DNA from: Saccostrea echinata
Lineage: Eukaryota
Direction: 5' to 3'
DNA length: 64,000 nucleotides
Assembly: GCF_033153115.1 (NCBI RefSeq)
Contig: NW_026889797.1
Coordinates: 2,666,001-2,730,000, forward strand
Under the pieces are notes generated by a model. That model was not told the origin of the DNA, searched no databases, and saw nothing but the letters and a program-made list of their open reading frames with translations. A program made the position numbers and the translations under genes. This document shows positions 59,701-64,000 of this stretch, in pieces (the stretch's first letter is position 1; each line of letters begins with the position of its first letter).

Positions 59701-62158
59701 TCGCAGTACTTTCTTTGTTGTTCTCTGCTGGTATTCACTGTAACATATAGAAATGATTTCCACTAAAGTCATACAGAGTTCAGAAATTTCTTTGCTGATT
59801 TTTTTCTCTAAAAATTTTAGATGGGTAAACATGGCTAGCTTGACTGCAAACAGACGGGCATCGGATCCCTTGAGCTGATTTTTGTCCCCAATGGTTGAAG
59901 TAGCAAATTTTTCAAATTCTTTTTGTGTTGTTAAATTACCAATATGGCAGGGTAGTTCCAATATCAAATTTTGTACAATGTTGGTGATGTCGTGAAGAGG
60001 CTCGCAGGGTGGTATCTCATATAGGTGGAGCAAATCAGAAATATTGTTGTCGGTTGTCAGTAGTGCTGGTGGTCTCTGGATACCTCTAAGAATTGTTGTA
60101 AGTTCTTCCTGCATCTCACTTTTGCTTTTATTATGGATGTCATGGCCTCTTGCTTTTAATTCTACTTCAAGGTCTGACTTTTTGAGATTAGAAAAAGGGG
60201 ATGGGTTTATGACTGAAAATCTTCTCCATAGTTCTCCTTCTTTGAATATCTGCACCCGATCATCTAAGGAAGGATTCCCAATACTGTAAACATATTCTAA
60301 ATTTTGATGTTCTTTTGACCTTACTCCACACAGGCAGCTGTAATTCCCACCCCTTTGATGCCCTGCTTCAAATTGTCTAGCAGGGCCATCCCCACTAAAA
60401 ACTCTTGGCATATAACTGATTTCCCCTTTCTGCATTCTTAAATTTTGAAGGTCTCCAACCCTAGCCTGCATATATGAAAGCTGGTCAATATCCGAACTTG
60501 ATGATTGTCCAAGTATATATAGATATGGCCTCTCCACCTTTCCTTGTATGTCCACAGGGGGGCGCTCGGGAAACCTTTTCATGTACTCTTCATCAGTTAG
60601 GAAATTGGCATTATCATAGAGGGTACTGATCATAACGGTGAAGTAGCTGTGATTTAGTATGTCGGAGTGATCATGCCAAATTTTTAGATGTCTTGATTTC
60701 TCCAACTTGAGCAGCTTTTCCTTTGCTTCTTCATCTGAGCCTGGCATTTCTTCTCCAAGATTCTTAAAAATTGTCTTCAGATCATTCGATGTTAAAGTAG
60801 CTACTTCGGTATTTCTCTGATAGTCTTGATGATTGTCTAGCATGGCATCCATAATATTTTTTAAAGGAATCATTCTACCATACACTGTCATCTCCTTGTC
60901 AATAAGTCTTCCATTTTCATCTATTTTGTTTGTTTTGTAGATTTTAGGAGCAATTCTCTCTCCAATGTACAGTTCCTTTCTCCCTAGTTTGCTGTGAATT
61001 TCTTCTCTCAGTGCTCTAGCAGGTCTGGGGGTGGGTACAGAAACTTTACGAAAAACTTTTTGCCTTGCCCTGCGAACTCTCTGGAGAAAGTCCCGACCAC
61101 TTACCCGTCGATCTGTATTAAATTGTTTACAGTTGACACCATTTAATTTTGCAAAAATCTGAAGAACCTGACCTGCATTCTTTGGAATTATCCCTCGTTT
61201 GTTTTTTACCTGAAACTTGAGGGCAAGATACCTCCAGATGACCCTAGACCCTGGTGCCAAATTTCTAATAAATTTGAGGAATTTTTCTCTGTCGAACTGG
61301 TAATTATCTATGTTTCCAATATGCCTCTTGGCCTTCTTTGTCCCTTGTAAAATTTTTTTAGAATTGTCTGTTATTCTCTTTCTGGCAACATTTGGTGCTT
61401 CAAAGAAGGTAGATAACCTGTCTCGGTCAGCTTGGCTATATGATTTTCCAGAGGCAAGAAAATTTTGAATTTCATTTTCGTTGTTTCCTATAAGCTGACT
61501 TATAGATTTTGTGCTTTCTCTTGTGATTTTGATTTTATGTTTTCGTTTTTGTTCACTTGTGTTCTTCTCAATCAAGTTAAATTTTTTTGATACTGTTGAC
61601 TTCAAATCTGTGTTGAATTTTTTTTTCATGATAGGTTCTAACACATTGAGAAGTTGTTCTGCTCCATTACTGTTATTATGAGTCATTTCACTAACAAGTT
61701 CATTTGTTTTTTTAACCAAATTTTCTGCATTTTCTGAGGTAGAATTGTGTAATACTGAGTAATTGATCAGTGAGGTTTCACAAGGCATACAGTCATGTAC
61801 AGTATGCCTCTGTTTGTCATGGTGAGAAAGGGCATCCCATTGTTGGAGTGAAAATTTTGCTATGAAATCTTTTTTTTTCACTACCTTTATTGTTGTTTTT
61901 CCAGTACTTATTTTGTGTGATATAATTTTGAACTCGTGGTAATTGACGTACAAATTTGTCATAGGGCAAATGCATCTTTGGGTATTTGTTCATTACACTA
62001 TTGTAGAAATGAAATCTAAATGATGCAGATACATTTGACGATTTCTTATTGGTATCAGAATCAAGCAGTGTAGCATCTTTTGAAGACCACCAATGAATAC
62101 TTTCAGGATCTTTACTGCTACGCCCAATGATGACTTTGGCAAAATTGCAAAAATTCAT
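53790..62158 (-). CDS. RAG1/Transib-like DDE transposase-derived gene, 7 coding exons, ~1332 aa (one frameshift)
   Basis: Exons 62158-59013, 58765-58556, 57395-57267, 56998-56873, 54548-54477, 54215-54162, 54052-53790. All introns are GT-AG and phase 1, internal exons are multiples of 3 and stop-free. One extra A in the A9 run at 61870-61878 separates the 113-aa and 987-aa ORFs. Confidence 0.75.
54774..55204. mobile_element. CAGGG-terminus MITE with ACTCGCAA/TTGCGAGT subterminal repeats
   Basis: CATATA|CAGGGTTCGAAAT ... GTTTCTATCCCTG|CATATA (6-bp flanking direct repeat). Confidence 0.78.
55795..56608. mobile_element. CAGGG-terminus MITE, 7-bp TSD (P-element-like)
   Basis: GATGATC|CAGGGTTGGAAA ... 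TTTCCAACCCTG|GATGATC. Confidence 0.88.
58242..58392. repeat. Imperfect long palindrome
   Basis: AATTTTTGAA.ATTCAT.AGG.ACATGAACTA..GCTTC ... GAAGC..TAGTTCATGTCCTCATGAAT.TTCAAAAATT. Confidence 0.8.
59013..62158 (-). CDS. Giant exon encoding the RAG1/Transib-like catalytic core with SAP-like helices
   Basis: KIWHDHS (D 60672), FSGDGPARQFEAG..GGNYSCLC (D 60390), CEPLHD, HFHSLTVHCPE, PEQEERSF (E 59532); SAP-like FSNLKKSDLEVELKARG..KSEMQEEL; N-terminal HxxxxCxxC. Confidence 0.8.
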
Positions 62159-62264
62159 GACTAATGTTACTCAAACGTTGATGTATTATTGTTGACTGGA
62201 TTTATACATTTTTGCTATTTAACAACAAGTGTCCAATGGGGCAATGATGCACGATTTTTGTTTT

Positions 62265-62532
62265 GTTGAAACATTTTGTTGGCTCTTATGTTTGAACATT
62301 GAGGCTTGATCCTTGATTGATTTAAAACATTTTGGTTGGTTGCTACTAATTACACATTGAGGCTTGATCTTTGTTTGCATAAAAACATTTTGTTTGGCTG
62401 CTAATGTTGGAGTATTGGTTGACTACTACTAATGGAATTCTGAGGCTTGATTCTTGATTGAAATAAAAAATTCTGTTGGTTGCTATTAACAAAATGTTGA
62501 GGCTTGTTCCTTAATTGAAATGGCTGCTACTA
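62265..62532. repeat. Degenerate ~57-bp tandem repeat (about 4 units) in the putative 5' UTR
   Basis: AAACATTTTG..GG.TGCTA..TGAGGCTTGAT.CTT recurring at ~62270, 62325, 62383, 62467. Confidence 0.85.
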
Positions 62533-64000
62533 AATCAATTTCTTATACTCACAGACTATTATTTTTTACGAATACTGCTTGTTGTTATTCAAGGTCAATG
62601 TTGTTGTCAGCCATATTATAAAATTGTCTATAATAATCTCTAAATAAATAGTTTATTAAAAAAAATATAGCATGAAATTTTTTTTTAAAAATTAAAAACT
62701 AAAAAAAGGTTAATTTTTTAGTACTTCAGTTCCTGATTATTTTTTTTTTTTAATTTTTCCAGCAGTTTTATTTTTTTTCATTATTTTATTAAATAAATTT
62801 GTAGCTTGTTCTTGACTTTAAAATTGATTGAAAGTTTTAATATTGAATATTTTACATAATTTGAAACACCTTTGATATTGTTTTATGTTTATTTTATATT
62901 TTACTTGTTTAACTGTCTTTTGTTTTGAGATTTTTTTTCAGGACACAGTATATATGTACATGTAATTAATTTCTTAATTGAAAATAAAACATGCTGAAAT
63001 ATATTTTATATGTGTTTTTTTTATATGTCTGAATTTTATTAAATTATTCAAAGGTCTGATTGTTGCATACCAGTCTGTTGAATGCTCTATTCCAAAGACT
63101 AAGCAGTGGCACACAAAAATTTTATCGAGGGAAAAAGAGGCATAGATCCCTTCTTTTAAGTGTTGAAAATATGCACATAATATATATATCTATACTTATA
63201 AATTAATAAATTTTGCAAATAAACTCCGAAACGGATGCACCAGAGTTCTTACTTACTCCTCTGACAATACACTATATACAAGATGATGTCCGTAAACTAT
63301 ATTTAGATTTCACTCGCATAGTAAGTGTCGCACATTAAATAAAAAGTCTACTTTTATTTTCTATAAACAGCCATGAAATAGCAAAAACGTGAGTACGGTG
63401 GCGTTTCCGGTTGGCGGATCTAAGTTACTGGCAGTTTTTAATGAAACTGACAACAAGCAATCGTTTATTTATTTCATAAAACGTCATCACTTTATTATTC
63501 AATCAAAACTTGATTTAAATGATATAAAAGAAATAAGTTGTGATAACCGATTAAAAAAGGGAAATGTGCAAATTATTTTCGTCATTCGCCAATCTTGATA
63601 TTGACGGAAGCTTCTAGAACATCATATAGCATCGAGCCCGATGTTAAAAAGAAAAACGAAGCGATTGTACATGTAGCTGCATGAACATAAAAAAAGCTTT
63701 TGTGTGAATGGTCATTGAAGTAATGGTAAATCATTGATAACACTATAAGTTGTGAAAATATTTATATATCGAAAGACTATTACATATATGTAGTAGGTTT
63801 TTCTAATAAATTTATCGGTAAAATTTGTAAATTTATCGGTAAAATTTGTATTTTCCTTACTGAGAGCATCGTGGCAACAAACCCGAAGTACAATTTGTAC
63901 TTCGTAATAAACTTGCTTACATGAAAAGAGAAAATTAATGAATAAGGTATTGTTCAAATATAATTTAAAGATGTAAAATTTTGTGCTTTAATCAATACAT

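Noticed and set aside
596-62158. Functional link between the FReD immune gene and the RAG1-like gene (somatic rearrangement system)
   Set aside because: They are 33 kb apart and separated by TEs. No RSS-like heptamer/nonamer signals or segmented gene parts flank the FReD exons, so proximity alone is not evidence.

Overview
AT-rich animal genomic DNA with two N-gaps. The repeat families and gene style suggest a bivalve, probably an oyster (inference). (1) 596-20996 (+): a complete 10-exon gene for a secreted 402-aa protein with signal peptide, 4 EGF repeats and a fibrinogen-related domain (FReD). (2) 35575-43405 (-): a full-length Ty3/Gypsy LTR retrotransposon with TG..TA LTRs, CAAA TSD, tRNA-Ser PBS and PPT. 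Its integrase ends in a PHD finger instead of a chromodomain. A decayed sister element at 45155-48460 also carries the PHD. (3) 53790-62158 (-): a 7-exon gene of about 1332 aa after correcting one homopolymer frameshift. Its giant first coding exon matches, motif by motif, the RAG1/Transib DDE transposase core, with SAP-like insertions. It lies in a ~15 kb block with a convergent promoter/exon and a shared inverted motif at the two ends, and the block contains a perfect-TIR element with a 5-bp TSD. This RAG1/Transib-like locus and the PHD-Gypsy are the main candidates for novelty. The rest is tRNA-derived SINEs, MITEs with 2, 5, 7 and 8-bp TSDs, Helentron/HINE-like satellite elements and long palindromes with cGAAg mini-hairpin centres. 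All homology calls are by eye; no searches were run.
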